The notes under the pieces were generated by a model. The model was not told where the DNA came from. It ran no database searches and saw only the letters and a program-made list of their open reading frames with translations. Shown here one piece after another: positions 40,009 to 50,900 of a stretch of 64,000 nt of DNA. Each line of letters opens with the position of its first letter. The first letter of the stretch is position 1. A program made the translations under genes and the position numbers. Source of the DNA: an uncultured Acidobacteriaceae bacterium. Its GTDB lineage: Bacteria; Acidobacteriota; Terriglobia; Terriglobales; Acidobacteriaceae. The stretch lies in NCBI GenBank assembly GCA_963709415.1, contig CAVPWH010000010.1, forward strand, positions 719,228-783,227, given 5' to 3'.

Positions 40009-42849
40009 GTGCGCCCTTCGCTGAGTGGGGTGGAGAAATTGCCCGAAACAATCGATTGGCCGCTGCGCTCGCAGCCGGCACGGCCGCGCCGCGGCAAACT
40101 CATTTTTCTTATCGCAATCGTAGCCGTGATCCTGCTGGGAAGCCGCACCGCGATCTCCTATTGGGTTGATTTGCTGTGGTTCCGCTCGCTGGGTTACGGC
40201 GGCGTGTTCTGGAAGACGCGGGGTATGGAGTGGAGTGTGTTTGCCGGCTTTACCGCAGTCACCTTCCTGATTCTAATCGGCGCATTCTGGGCTCTCAAGC
40301 GGGCACATTCCGCTGACCTGCCGGTTACGCATACGCTTCTTTTCGGCGGTCAAACTTTGGAGCTTCCTGTTGCTACTGTGCTGCGCGTGGTGGCTCTGCT
40401 CGGATCGGCCATGGTGGCGCTTGTAACAGGGGGCGCGATGGAAGCGCAATGGCCGGATCTGGCGCTCTACTGGTATGCGCCGCGCGGGGCCGGAACCATT
40501 GCGGATCCGATCTTCGGCAGGCCGCTGAATTTCTATCTCTTCACGCTGCCTGCATGGCAGATTATCGCCGGCTGGCTGCTAACGCTGGCAATCATCTGTT
40601 GCGTGATGGCGGTGCTGTTTCTGCTTGCCAGCGGCGGAGCGCGCGCGCTGGGCGGCCGGCTGAGCGGATCGGTCCCATTGCCATGGCGGGGACTGTCGTT
40701 CAGCCTCGGATTCCTGCTTCTGATTCTCGCGCTGCGTGTATATATCGGCCGCTTCGAGCTGCTATTCGAACATCACACGATTTTCGACGGGATCTCATAC
40801 ACCGATGCACATGTCACGATTACAGGTTTGCTGTTCGTGTGCGTTGCGTTGATTGCTGGAGCGGGAATCGCGATTGTTACCGCGGCAGTGGACCCGCGCG
40901 GGCGCTGGCTTGCCGCGGCGATTGCGCCGGCGGCTGTTTGTTATATCGGGGTCGCTCTGGCGGGCTGGTACGTGACGACGTTCCTGGTCAAGCCCAATCA
41001 ACTCGATCGCGAGCGGCCATACATTACCGATAACATCGAGATGACGCGGCAGGCATACGGGCTGGACCGCTTCGCTCAGCACGAATTTCCGGCGGAGACT
41101 ACTCCTGGAGCGGCGGACCCGGCGAACAACCAGGCTACGCTTCAGAACATCCGGCTGTGGGACGTGCAGGCGCTGAAGGACACTTTGCGCCAGGTGCAGG
41201 AGATTCGCACCTATTATGACTTTCCGGATATCGACATCGACCGCTACGAGATTGGCGGCTCGCTGCGCGAAGTGATGCTGGCAGTGCGCGAACTGAACGT
41301 GGACAAGCTGCCGGAGAGCAGCCGCAACTGGATCAACGACAAACTGATCTACACCCACGGATATGGAATCACGATGAACCCGGTGAATGGGTTCACCACG
41401 GAAGGATTGCCGACGCTGCTGCTGTCGAACATGCCGGTGCAGAGCACGGCGCCAAGCCTTTCCGTGACGCGGCCGGAGATTTATTTCGGGGAGATGACGG
41501 ACACCGATGTCTACGTGAAGACCGGGCAGCAGGAGTTTAACTACCCCGAGGGGCAGACGAACAATCTTACTTCGTACAACGGCACGGGCGGCATTGTGGT
41601 GGGAGGATTTCTGCGCAGGATCCTGCTGGCCTTCGACCGCGGCGACCTGGCGAAGCTGCCCTTCAGCGACGATGTGAATGCCGAAAGCCGGCTGCTGATG
41701 CGGCGCAATGTGCGTGATCGCGTTGCGGCGTTGGCGCCGTTTCTCACATTCGATAACGACCCATACATCGTGGTGGGCGCCGATGGGCGCCTGTCGTGGG
41801 TTCTCGATGCGTTTACATCGTCAGACAGCTATCCCTACTCCACGCATAACAGCCTGGCCGGCGAGCAAGTGAACTATGTGCGAAACAGCGTCAAGGTTGT
41901 CGTTGATGCTTACGACGGGACCACTACGTTCTATGTGTTCGACAATGAAGACCCCATTATCGGAGCGTGGCGCAATATCTTTCCGGGGTTGTTCAAGGAC
42001 GCCTCAGAGATGCCGGGCTGGTTGCGCAAGCATGTCCGCTATCCGGAGCTGATGCTGAGTTTGCAGGCCGACGTGTACGGGTTGTATCACATGACCAATC
42101 CGGAGGTCTTCTACAACAAGGAGGACCAGTGGACGGTGGCGACAGAAACCGGAATGGGGGACTCCGGCGAACAGACCGCACAGGCCATGCCACCGAACTT
42201 TGTGTTGATGAATCTGCCCGGAGAGACCGGTCTCGAGTTCGTGGAGATTCTGCCATTCACGCCGTTGAACCGCAACAACATGATCGGCTGGATTGCCGCG
42301 CGCAGCGACGGGGAACACTACGGCACCGCGGTTGTATACGATTTTCCCAAGACAAGGCTGGTAGACGGCCCACAGCAGATAGAGGCGCGCATCGACCAGA
42401 ACGCGCAGCTTTCGGGACAACTTACGTTGTGGAATCAGCAGGGCTCGCACGTGCGCAGAGGGAGCCTGCTGGTGATTCCCTGCGGAAAGGCATTGCTCTA
42501 CGCGGAGCCGATTTATTTGCAGGCCCAGCGCAGCCCGATGCCCGAGTTACGCCTGGTGGTGTTGGCGTTGCAGGACCGGCTCGCTTACGCACCGACGTTC
42601 GATGGCGCGCTGGCTTCGCTGTTCGGCTCAGGGTCTTCGTCGCTGAGTGCGGCGGAGGCGCCGCAAGCCGCGCCTGAGGCGGCTGGAACTACAAAGCCCG
42701 CGGAGAGCCTGAACGCATTGATCGGGCAGGCAGGGAGAGATTTCGCCGACTATCAACGTTTGACCGCCGAAGGCAAGTTATCCGAGGCTGGACAGAAGCT
42801 GGACGATCTGAAACGGGTGCTCGACAAGATGAATGGGCTTCAGAAGTAG
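40009..42849 (+). CDS. UPF0182 family membrane protein
   Basis: LWFRSLGY, DPIFG...FYLFTLP, NIRLWD, DIDRY, YTHGYG, PEIYFGE, NYVRNSVK, DGPQQI, LYAEPIYLQ. Confidence 0.93.
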   Translation: MRPSLSGVEKLPETIDWPLRSQPARPRRGKLIFLIAIVAVILLGSRTAISYWVDLLWFRSLGYGGVFWKTRGMEWSVFAGFTAVTFLILIGAFWALKRAHSADLPVTHTLLFGGQTLELPVATVLRVVALLGSAMVALVTGGAMEAQWPDLALYWYAPRGAGTIADPIFGRPLNFYLFTLPAWQIIAGWLLTLAIICCVMAVLFLLASGGARALGGRLSGSVPLPWRGLSFSLGFLLLILALRVYIGRFELLFEHHTIFDGISYTDAHVTITGLLFVCVALIAGAGIAIVTAAVDPRGRWLAAAIAPAAVCYIGVALAGWYVTTFLVKPNQLDRERPYITDNIEMTRQAYGLDRFAQHEFPAETTPGAADPANNQATLQNIRLWDVQALKDTLRQVQEIRTYYDFPDIDIDRYEIGGSLREVMLAVRELNVDKLPESSRNWINDKLIYTHGYGITMNPVNGFTTEGLPTLLLSNMPVQSTAPSLSVTRPEIYFGEMTDTDVYVKTGQQEFNYPEGQTNNLTSYNGTGGIVVGGFLRRILLAFDRGDLAKLPFSDDVNAESRLLMRRNVRDRVAALAPFLTFDNDPYIVVGADGRLSWVLDAFTSSDSYPYSTHNSLAGEQVNYVRNSVKVVVDAYDGTTTFYVFDNEDPIIGAWRNIFPGLFKDASEMPGWLRKHVRYPELMLSLQADVYGLYHMTNPEVFYNKEDQWTVATETGMGDSGEQTAQAMPPNFVLMNLPGETGLEFVEILPFTPLNRNNMIGWIAARSDGEHYGTAVVYDFPKTRLVDGPQQIEARIDQNAQLSGQLTLWNQQGSHVRRGSLLVIPCGKALLYAEPIYLQAQRSPMPELRLVVLALQDRLAYAPTFDGALASLFGSGSSSLSAAEAPQAAPEAAGTTKPAESLNALIGQAGRDFADYQRLTAEGKLSEAGQKLDDLKRVLDKMNGLQK

Positions 42850-43015
42850 TTACAAAACACGAAGTAACATTGCTGCGGCGATCAATGCGAATGGAAGAAC
42901 CGTGAGTTTTCCTTCAAAAGAGGCGGAGAGTTAGTCCTTCGAACTAATCTACCCAGGATCGATGCCCGTTTCATCCATCGCCTGTATGCAATACCGGTGA
43001 AGGGTTAACTTGCAA

Positions 43016-44725
43016 TCAGACAATTCCCTTGCCTTCCAAGATATGTATGTAACGATTCGGGGCAAGGTTGCTAAGCTTCTCAATGTGTTTGCTTGGAGCC
43101 GGCCAATGAATCTCCAGGTCGTCAATGTGCGTGGCAGCACCGACCCCGAGGACTTCGCGAAGGTCGTGCGATGAAAGATAACTCCCGCCATTGTTCTTCA
43201 ATCGAGTTGTTACCGTGCCGCCAGCTTTTACAACAATGCGCGCGCCGATAGCATCGCGGTTGCAGGTGACGCCTTCCAGTTTCAATCCTAACCAGTTATT
43301 ACCGGCCGCAGCGTTATTCCGGAGGAGAACCGGTGGTCCGCCATTGACCCCAATGATTACATCCAAAGCGCCATCATTGTCGTAATCGCCTACAGCCAAT
43401 CCCCTAGCCGCGAATTGTTTCTCAAATACCGGACCCGCAGCCTGACTTACGTTGCTCAGCTTTCCGTCCTTGTTCTGGTGGTATAGCAACAGCGGCTCTT
43501 TGTACTTTACCTGCATGGAGTAGTTATCGATCATGTCGTCAGGATGGCCATTGGCGAGAAGTAGATCGATAATTCCATCGTTATCGTAATCGAAGTACTT
43601 CAATCCCCAACCGCTCATGAGCTTGGTATCGCGAGCGACCCCCATTTTCTCCGCGGCATCGTGAAATGTTTCATCCCTGTTATTGATGTAGATCGAATAC
43701 ATTTCGTGATCTACGTTTGCGACGAAGAGGTCCTGCCATCCGTCCCCGTCGAAGTCCGCAGCATCGACGCCCATCCCTGATCGAGGACGGCCATTTTCGC
43801 TGAAGCCGACGCCGGACTGCAATGCAATCTCATCCCAATTCCAGCGACCATTTGGACCGAGGCCACGATTGACGAATAGAAAATTCTGGACGGTGTCATT
43901 GGCAACGAAGAGGTCCATTCGACCATCGTTGTTGATATCGGTGGCTACCACTCCGAGACCCTTTCCCAAAGCTTTGGCGATACCTGTTCCTTGACTAACT
44001 TCGGAGAAGGTCCCATCGCCGTTGTTATGGTAGAGGAAGCTTGGGGTGGGCTTGAACAGCCGTGGCACGCAGTAGTAGTTTCGACCGAGTTGGTTATTGC
44101 CGCACTCGAGCTTGCGCACTCCCGAGTAGTCCACGAAGCTGCAGACGAATAAATCCAATTTCCCGTCATTGTCGTAATCGAACCAAACAGCGCTGGTTGT
44201 CCAGCCCGGAGTGGCAACGCCAGCGAGTTCAGTTACGTCCATGAAAGTTCCATCATGATTATTCTTGTAAAGCGTACATTTGCCATAAGCGGTGACAAAG
44301 ATGTCGGGCCAGCCATCATTGTTGTAGTCGCCGACGGCGACGCCCATTCCGAAGTAGGATCCGGAGACTCCGGCAGTTTCAGTGACGTCGGTAAAGGTGC
44401 CATCCCGGTTATTTTTGTACAGGGCATTGCGAACTGGACTTGAAGGTTTCCAGAAGTCGCTGGGCCCACTATTCACAAGGAAGATATCCACCCATCCATC
44501 GTTGTCATAATCCAGAAAAGCACAGCCGGGGCCGAGGGCTTCCGGGAGAAAGCGGCTGTCTGACATCGCGTTTTCATGAACCCATCGGATACCCGAAACC
44601 GAGGGAGGCACTTCGGTGAACAACGGGCTGTTCGAAGCGCCCGACGACTGGGATGGAATAGATAGGAGCTTTGCAGCTCCGGCACCCATGCCGAGTCGCA
44701 GAAATCCACGCCTGGAGAACGTCAT
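43016..44725 (-). CDS. CRTAC1-like FG-GAP repeat protein with ASPIC/UnbV domain; Tat signal
   Basis: SRRGFL signal; repeated DYDNDG/DINNDG/DFDGDG loops; NRDAIGARI...GGSYLS...IHWP. Confidence 0.93.
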   Translation of the reverse strand: MTFSRRGFLRLGMGAGAAKLLSIPSQSSGASNSPLFTEVPPSVSGIRWVHENAMSDSRFLPEALGPGCAFLDYDNDGWVDIFLVNSGPSDFWKPSSPVRNALYKNNRDGTFTDVTETAGVSGSYFGMGVAVGDYNNDGWPDIFVTAYGKCTLYKNNHDGTFMDVTELAGVATPGWTTSAVWFDYDNDGKLDLFVCSFVDYSGVRKLECGNNQLGRNYYCVPRLFKPTPSFLYHNNGDGTFSEVSQGTGIAKALGKGLGVVATDINNDGRMDLFVANDTVQNFLFVNRGLGPNGRWNWDEIALQSGVGFSENGRPRSGMGVDAADFDGDGWQDLFVANVDHEMYSIYINNRDETFHDAAEKMGVARDTKLMSGWGLKYFDYDNDGIIDLLLANGHPDDMIDNYSMQVKYKEPLLLYHQNKDGKLSNVSQAAGPVFEKQFAARGLAVGDYDNDGALDVIIGVNGGPPVLLRNNAAAGNNWLGLKLEGVTCNRDAIGARIVVKAGGTVTTRLKNNGGSYLSSHDLREVLGVGAATHIDDLEIHWPAPSKHIEKLSNLAPNRYIHILEGKGIV

Positions 44726-44804
44726 CGCAACATCCTATCATCGGATATTTGTAGCAGTCTTTGACTGCCTTACGCATGATTTGTAACTTGCAGAGCGGTT
44801 TCGT

Positions 44805-45896
44805 CTATCCAGGATAGGGTTCATTGGGCTTTACGATCCTTATCCGATGGTCAGAGAATTTATAGTGACCGCCCGGTAACTCGGTCTTCGGCATGTGACA
44901 GGTGACGCAGTTGTTCTTTGAAACCGGACACTTTCTGGCCGCGACTTTTCCGCCTGCATGGCATGCCTGACACTTGGCATCGTAATCCGCAGGCCGGTCG
45001 CTGACCTCCTTATGAGGGTTATGACATGCGAGGCAGCTTATGCGCGGATCGTCGGGGTCGTAACACTTGCTGCCTGTCAAACGGTAAGGCTGATAGCGGA
45101 CGTTCGAGATACTGAAAGGCCCTTGCATGGCAATCTCTGCCCACGTCCGGTGGCACTGACCGCAGAAGTTAGACGCCTGCTCGGCAGAAAGATTCTTAAG
45201 CTTGGACAATCCCGATGGCAGCATGGGTTTGCCGGCTTCACCAGACATGGCCGCAAGATGCTCGTCAGTTGCTTCGTGGCAATGTCCGCATTGCACTCCC
45301 GGCACCATTTTTTCGAGCGTGAGTTGACTTCCTTTGGCCGCGTTGGTGGCGTGACATCCGAAGCAGCGCAGCTTGTCATCGTGACTCATCAGCCGTCCGG
45401 CCGCTTCGAGCAAGTTGGCAGGCAAAGTGCGTTCACCACCAAGCGTCGGCCCAAGACCACTGAGTTCGCGATACCAGCTCATTCGACTCTCGTATAACTG
45501 GCCATCGTTCTCCAAAACGTATGTCTGGCCCATGGCGGAACTGGCGCCGAAGACCCAGCGGATCGGCATTGAGATGGTGCTTGTGCCGTCAGTTACTGAA
45601 TAGGTGCTCTGGTTCCCCGCTCGTTCTATACGATAAGAATACTTGCCATAACTGGCTGTCAGAAGCGGATGGCTGCCAAGGATGCCGCTCTGCTCCACCG
45701 ATTCCAATGCGCGTGCCATATCTGTGGAAGGTTGCGACAATGCCAGGGAATGGCACTTTGCGCAGGGGCTTTGGTGTTCCTGGTCAGCTTGCGCGCGGGC
45801 ATTTGCGGGGAAGGGGAAAGAGAAAAGCAGCGCGGAAAATAAGAGCGTTCCTTCCCTTGTCATCATGAATACAAGGCTACCTGTTCGCCCCCGCAC
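44805..45896 (-). CDS. Multiheme c-type cytochrome (7 CxxCH; c554-like family); start may be 45866
   Basis: CAKCH, CFGCH, CGHCH, CGQCH, CLACH, CQACH, CVTCH; signal peptide; C-terminal SDHRI. Confidence 0.9.
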   Translation of the reverse strand: MRGRTGSLVFMMTREGTLLFSALLFSFPFPANARAQADQEHQSPCAKCHSLALSQPSTDMARALESVEQSGILGSHPLLTASYGKYSYRIERAGNQSTYSVTDGTSTISMPIRWVFGASSAMGQTYVLENDGQLYESRMSWYRELSGLGPTLGGERTLPANLLEAAGRLMSHDDKLRCFGCHATNAAKGSQLTLEKMVPGVQCGHCHEATDEHLAAMSGEAGKPMLPSGLSKLKNLSAEQASNFCGQCHRTWAEIAMQGPFSISNVRYQPYRLTGSKCYDPDDPRISCLACHNPHKEVSDRPADYDAKCQACHAGGKVAARKCPVSKNNCVTCHMPKTELPGGHYKFSDHRIRIVKPNEPYPG

Positions 45897-45918
45897 CGGG
45901 CCAGCGCATGAGTCAGGA

Positions 45919-47043
45919 TCACTGTAGCTTGCCTCCAGATTGATTGACGCCGGGTTGCCTGGCCTGCACTTCGGCAGTCAGCTTCTGAACGATTTCGCGC
46001 TCTCGTTTACTATCTTCCGGACGCTTGAGGCGATAGTAGACCAATGCCAGGGTTACGTGAGCCTCGAGGAACTGAGGCGACTCCTTGACCAGTCCATCCA
46101 GGATCTCGCGGGCTTTATCGAGTGCGCCTTCATCGACCGAAAGCAGTGCAAGCTGATAGCGGACACCCGGATCACCCGGTCTTGTTTCTGCGGCGCGTTC
46201 AAAGTATTTCTTAGCCTGATCGTAGTTCTGTTCTTGTTTCGCCATAGCGCCCAGCTGCAGGTTGGCATCGAAGTTAAATGGATCGACGCTTAATTCGGCG
46301 GCAAACTCTTTTTCGGAAAGGTCGGAGTCGCCAGTAAGCATCAAGGCCTTGGCATAGAGAACGTGAACTTCAGGCAAATTCGGGTTCAATGCATTGGCTT
46401 TTGCGAATTCGTCGCGGGCGCCAGCGAAATCATTCGCGCCCATCTTCGCCGTGCCTAACATCAGATGGGCTTCAGCCGAGTCGCCGTTTCGCAGAATACG
46501 GTCGACTAACACCTGGCCTTCGTCAACACGTTTCTCGCGAATCAGCGCAGTTCCGAGAAGATAGGCGACGGCCATATCGTCGGGGTACTTATCCTTTTCA
46601 GGCTCAAGGATCCGGATAACATCCTTCTCACGATCCATCCGCATGTAACAATCGCCGAGCAAGAGTACGGCCTGATGATTTTCCGGGCTCTCGTCATGGA
46701 CTTTCTCAAGCTGTGTTGTGGATTTGTCAATCTTACCCATTTTGTAATAGCAGAGGGCCAGATTAAGTCTCGCCTCAACGAGGGAGGGGGACTGTTTGAG
46801 AGCGATTTTATATTCGGAGATTGCCTCTTCAAATTGGCCCAAGTCAGCCAAAGCGGCGCCGAGATTTGAATGGATGGCGGTTGCTTCAGGATGAATGCGA
46901 AGAAACTGCTTGTAGTCCGCGACCGCGCCTTGAAGATCGCCATTCTGCTGCTTTTTGAGACCCTCCTGGACTAATTCCTGAGGTGTCTGTGCGCGCAGAG
47001 TTACAGCCAGGATCAGGACAAGGACATAAGAGAAGTTACGCAT
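45919..47043 (-). CDS. Exported tetratricopeptide repeat protein
   Basis: Signal peptide; repeated TPR patterns such as HSNLGAALADLGQFEEAISEYKIALKQSP. Confidence 0.9.
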   Translation of the reverse strand: MRNFSYVLVLILAVTLRAQTPQELVQEGLKKQQNGDLQGAVADYKQFLRIHPEATAIHSNLGAALADLGQFEEAISEYKIALKQSPSLVEARLNLALCYYKMGKIDKSTTQLEKVHDESPENHQAVLLLGDCYMRMDREKDVIRILEPEKDKYPDDMAVAYLLGTALIREKRVDEGQVLVDRILRNGDSAEAHLMLGTAKMGANDFAGARDEFAKANALNPNLPEVHVLYAKALMLTGDSDLSEKEFAAELSVDPFNFDANLQLGAMAKQEQNYDQAKKYFERAAETRPGDPGVRYQLALLSVDEGALDKAREILDGLVKESPQFLEAHVTLALVYYRLKRPEDSKREREIVQKLTAEVQARQPGVNQSGGKLQ

Positions 47044-47121
47044 AGAGTGATGGGTCCTGGGACAGTGCCCACAGGACCCACTCTACCATTCTTTCCGGTT
47101 TGTTTGAAGCATCCAATCAAC

Positions 47122-50100
47122 CTAGAAGTAGAACTTCGCCGCAAACTCCATTGTACGGGCGCCCTGTTTCTGAGTAGCCTTGCCAAAGTTTGCGTTGTTC
47201 TGCGTGATCTTTAGTGTCGTCGGATCCTGGGTGAATTGCAGGGTCAGATTACTCCCACTCGGGAACGAGTAGAGGGGATGGTTGAGGAAGTTGTATGCCT
47301 GGACGCGGAACTGGAGCGACGTCGCTTCCGACATCTGGAAATTCTTGTAGACCGCCAGATCCGAATCGAAGTAACTCGGGCCGTAGGCCACAGGTATCAT
47401 CGCCGGCCCATTCTTGCCGGGTGTGGTGGGCGCGGCGAAGCAACTTCCGTTGACATACTGATGGGCGCTAAGACCCGATTTCGGATTACAAGTCACATAC
47501 GGGTTCAATTGTGCCGCGTTTGTCCCCAGAATGGATTGATTGTTGATGGCGATACCGGTCGGGTTAGCCACGGTTACCGATCCTGGGATGATAGCCCCGG
47601 ATTGTAAGCACGTCGCCCCTACGCAACTCAGCCCCATGTTGTAGTTCGTGTTGACACCGTAAGCGCCCCCATAGGTAAGGTTGGCGCCACTTTCCACCTG
47701 CGTGATCCCCGAGATCTGCCATCCGTTCGCGGCGCCGTTGACAAAGGGATTCACATGGACCCGGGATCCTAGATCAACTGAGTAAGCGGCGTTAAAAAGC
47801 TGCCGGCGATCCGTTGGCTGGATCCCATAATTGCTGGCCAGGTTGAACGGGTTGTCTGTGGGCTTAACAATGCCCAAGGCTTTCTGCCAGGTGTAGTTCG
47901 CTTGAAGAGTAGTGAGCTTTGAGCGGCGCGCCCAGGCAATCTGCAAAGCATTGTAGTTGCTGTACAGATTGTTCGTTGCCAGGCTCAGGTCACCGTAGCC
48001 CTGCCCGGAGGAGTTGTCCAAGGGCCGATACAGGTTCGCATTGGCGTTTCCCGGATTGCTGTTGGTCAGCATGGCGCCGAGCGGCACCATGTTGATATTG
48101 CTGCCCGCGCCTCCTTGGGTGTTTTGCAGTTCTTCACTGCGATTGCCCACATAGGCCGCCTCCAAAAGACCCTGCCAGGGAGTAACCTGGTCGACGTTGA
48201 CGCTCCAGCTATCGGTATATGGCTGGTTATTATCCTTTGAATCGACAGCGGCCGGCGAAGCAGGGGTTGCGGAGAGATTCAGGCAAGAAAGGTACGCAGC
48301 AAACAGCGCAGAACCGGCGGGGGGATTAGTCGGGCAAGGAGCGCCTCCTCCTACCCAGTTACTTGGAGACAGATTGGCCGTGGCAACGCTCGCGGATGCA
48401 TCGAGGCCGTTCGTAAACTGTCCCGAGTGGTAGTAGAAGCGGCCCCAACCCCCGCGAACGACCGTTTTGCCGGATCCGGTGATGTCGTAAGCGGCGCCAA
48501 GACGCGGTTGATAGAACAGTCCGCGTGTCGGAAATCCTCCCACAGGAACTGACGCGACCTTCGCATGCCATTCAAAACCGCAGAAGGTCGAGGCACAACT
48601 CGCGTTGTATTGCGACTGATCGAAGATCGAGTAGCCGAAGCCCAGGCCATCGATCCACGGCGTGAAGTGGCTGAAGCGCATGCCGATTTCCAGGGTCAGT
48701 TTCGTGGTCAGCTTCAAGGAGTCCTGTCCGAAAAACTCCCAGGTCGTGTAGTTGATGTCGTTAATCCGATTCTTGTTCGACTCCGTGTAGTTGGCGAGAT
48801 TGCCCGTCAGCAGGTCCGCATACTCGTTTCCCCAACTGTAGGTATTGCCCGCGGAGACCTGAGAGAGGCCGTTCGTATAATTGTTGGCGGGCTGTGCATT
48901 ACGAATCCGCTCCCAAAAAACACCGGCCTTCAAAGTGTGCTTGGCAATGACCTTGGTGAGCGTGTCGCTGACACTCGGCATGTACTTGTTTGCATAGAGC
49001 CCCGAAGAAGCTCCGCCAGCCTCAAAACCGCCCGGATTGAACACAAGCGCCGCCTCGCTGGGGCCGAACTGTCCAAATGACGGAATCTGCGCAACACCGT
49101 TCTTGAACAGGCCCTTATAGGTGTAGCCCACACCGGTGCGATCCACCTTCGACGGATTCGCAAAGACGTTCGGGAATCCCACGAATGTATACGCCACAAC
49201 AGTTTCATTGGTCATGCTCTGGCTGAAGACGTGGGTGAGCGTACCTGAGAGAGAATCCGAGCGATTCTTGCCTTCGATTGGCGTTGGGTAAGGCACCTGG
49301 TCGGTATTGCGCCACCAGAGGCCGACCGGGAACTGCTGAACTTCTCTCTGGTAGTTGTAGCGGACAAAAACCTTGGTGTTGTCGCTGAGGCTCCAATCGC
49401 TACGGATTACCCACTGCTTATTGTTCTGATCGAAGATCTCGGCCTGAACGTAGTTATATCCGCCGGTGGCGTTGGGGTCCTTGTTGGGAGCGGGAAAGAG
49501 TTTGGCCAATGCGAGCATGTTTGGATCGATGCACGCGCCATTTGGAGTGCCGCCGCAGGCCGGGATTTTTGTTGTTCCTCCGAAGGCAGCCAGAGCGGCG
49601 GAGTTGAGTGGTCCGGGCGCTTTGCCGGACGCGGTGACGGTTCCTTCTGCCCCGATTGAAGCAGCAGAGAAATCGCCGCCAAGTTCTGCCGCTGTGGGCA
49701 CGGTCGCCCTTAACAAACCCGTGTCGAGCGTCTGGTGGTAGTACTCGTATCCGGTAAAGAAAAAGAGCTTGTTGCGTTTCTTGTTGAACCCGGTTCCTGG
49801 AATGATGACCGGGCCGCCGACTGATCCGCCGGGATAGTAATAAGAATTCGCCGGCTGCTGAACGCCGCTAAAGTTGTTCAGCCAGTCATTCGCGTTAAGG
49901 GAGTGGTTTCGAGCGGAGAAGAACGCGTTGCCGTGGAATTGCGACCCGCCTGCCTTGGTAATGGAACTGATCACAACCGGGCCCTTCTGCTCTTCCGCAC
50001 TGAAGTTCGACGTCAGCACCTTGAACTCCTGAACAAAGTCGGAGTTCGGATTGACGGGTGTATCGCAGTTGCATCCAGGGTCGGAGACGTGTGCGCCATC

Positions 50101-50745
50101 TGCCGTGATGTCCAGCGAGTTTGTAGGCAGGCCGTTGTAGGAGTAGGCAGCATTCAGCGGGCTTTGGCTGCCGGAATCGCCGTTGGCGTTGATTCCGATA
50201 GTTTGGCCGTTGTAGTTCGATTTGTTCGATGTGCCGTTTTCGATTCCGAATCCGGGAACGATCTTGATATACTCCGCGGCGTTGCTGCCCACCTGAGTGA
50301 AGTTCTGGAGTTCCTTGGTCGCCAGCGCAAACGACTTTTCCCCTGAGTCGGTGACAGCGATTGATGAGGTCATCGCGTCGACCTCCACTGTTTCGCCGGC
50401 CACGCCAACCACAAGCGCAACGTTGACGTTGCGTTGTTCGCCGCCACCGAGGCTAATGCCCTTGGCCTGATACTGCCTGAAGCCAGTTGCATCCACCGTC
50501 AGGTTGTACGCACCAACCGGCACAGAGGCAAACGTATAGTAACCCTCCCCGTTGCTTGTCGTGTCTCGCGCGGAACCCGACCCGGCATCCTTGAGGACGA
50601 TCTTCGCATTGGGGATCACGGCACCCTGCGGATCGGACACAACTCCGGTGAGGGTTGCGAAGATGCTTTGAGCAAATGATTGGCTCTCGCCGAGGAAAAG
50701 CGAGCAAAGGACAAAAACTGCACACGCCAGCTTCCGAATCGTCAC
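47122..50745 (-). CDS. Oar-like TonB-dependent receptor with N-terminal carboxypeptidase-regulatory-like domain
   Basis: LTGVVSDPQGAVIPNA, EFKVLTSNFSAE, TKAGGSQFHG, QPRLGAAYD...VVRGGWG, QFRVQAYNFLNHP, terminal KFYF; GTG start with GGAGG. Confidence 0.93.
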   Translation of the reverse strand: MTIRKLACAVFVLCSLFLGESQSFAQSIFATLTGVVSDPQGAVIPNAKIVLKDAGSGSARDTTSNGEGYYTFASVPVGAYNLTVDATGFRQYQAKGISLGGGEQRNVNVALVVGVAGETVEVDAMTSSIAVTDSGEKSFALATKELQNFTQVGSNAAEYIKIVPGFGIENGTSNKSNYNGQTIGINANGDSGSQSPLNAAYSYNGLPTNSLDITADGAHVSDPGCNCDTPVNPNSDFVQEFKVLTSNFSAEEQKGPVVISSITKAGGSQFHGNAFFSARNHSLNANDWLNNFSGVQQPANSYYYPGGSVGGPVIIPGTGFNKKRNKLFFFTGYEYYHQTLDTGLLRATVPTAAELGGDFSAASIGAEGTVTASGKAPGPLNSAALAAFGGTTKIPACGGTPNGACIDPNMLALAKLFPAPNKDPNATGGYNYVQAEIFDQNNKQWVIRSDWSLSDNTKVFVRYNYQREVQQFPVGLWWRNTDQVPYPTPIEGKNRSDSLSGTLTHVFSQSMTNETVVAYTFVGFPNVFANPSKVDRTGVGYTYKGLFKNGVAQIPSFGQFGPSEAALVFNPGGFEAGGASSGLYANKYMPSVSDTLTKVIAKHTLKAGVFWERIRNAQPANNYTNGLSQVSAGNTYSWGNEYADLLTGNLANYTESNKNRINDINYTTWEFFGQDSLKLTTKLTLEIGMRFSHFTPWIDGLGFGYSIFDQSQYNASCASTFCGFEWHAKVASVPVGGFPTRGLFYQPRLGAAYDITGSGKTVVRGGWGRFYYHSGQFTNGLDASASVATANLSPSNWVGGGAPCPTNPPAGSALFAAYLSCLNLSATPASPAAVDSKDNNQPYTDSWSVNVDQVTPWQGLLEAAYVGNRSEELQNTQGGAGSNINMVPLGAMLTNSNPGNANANLYRPLDNSSGQGYGDLSLATNNLYSNYNALQIAWARRSKLTTLQANYTWQKALGIVKPTDNPFNLASNYGIQPTDRRQLFNAAYSVDLGSRVHVNPFVNGAANGWQISGITQVESGANLTYGGAYGVNTNYNMGLSCVGATCLQSGAIIPGSVTVANPTGIAINNQSILGTNAAQLNPYVTCNPKSGLSAHQYVNGSCFAAPTTPGKNGPAMIPVAYGPSYFDSDLAVYKNFQMSEATSLQFRVQAYNFLNHPLYSFPSGSNLTLQFTQDPTTLKITQNNANFGKATQKQGARTMEFAAKFYF

Positions 50746-50856
50746 AGTAACGACCTCCAAGAAAGCGAACAGTTATCCGGCACGTGGCCGCACGAGCTAA
50801 AACGGTTGAGTTGAGTCTTGCGTAGGGAAGTCTTACACGGACCGCTCGATTTTTGA

Positions 50857-50900
50857 GAGATCGATTTCGAATCGTGCACCGCGGAAACGGGGGTTGTCAA
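50857..50900 (-). promoter_or_regulatory. Sigma70 promoter with LacI-type operator for the TonB operon
   Basis: Minus strand reads TTGACA-18 nt-CACGAT followed by GAAATCGATCTC, a near-palindrome with central CG (50857-50868). Confidence 0.55.
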
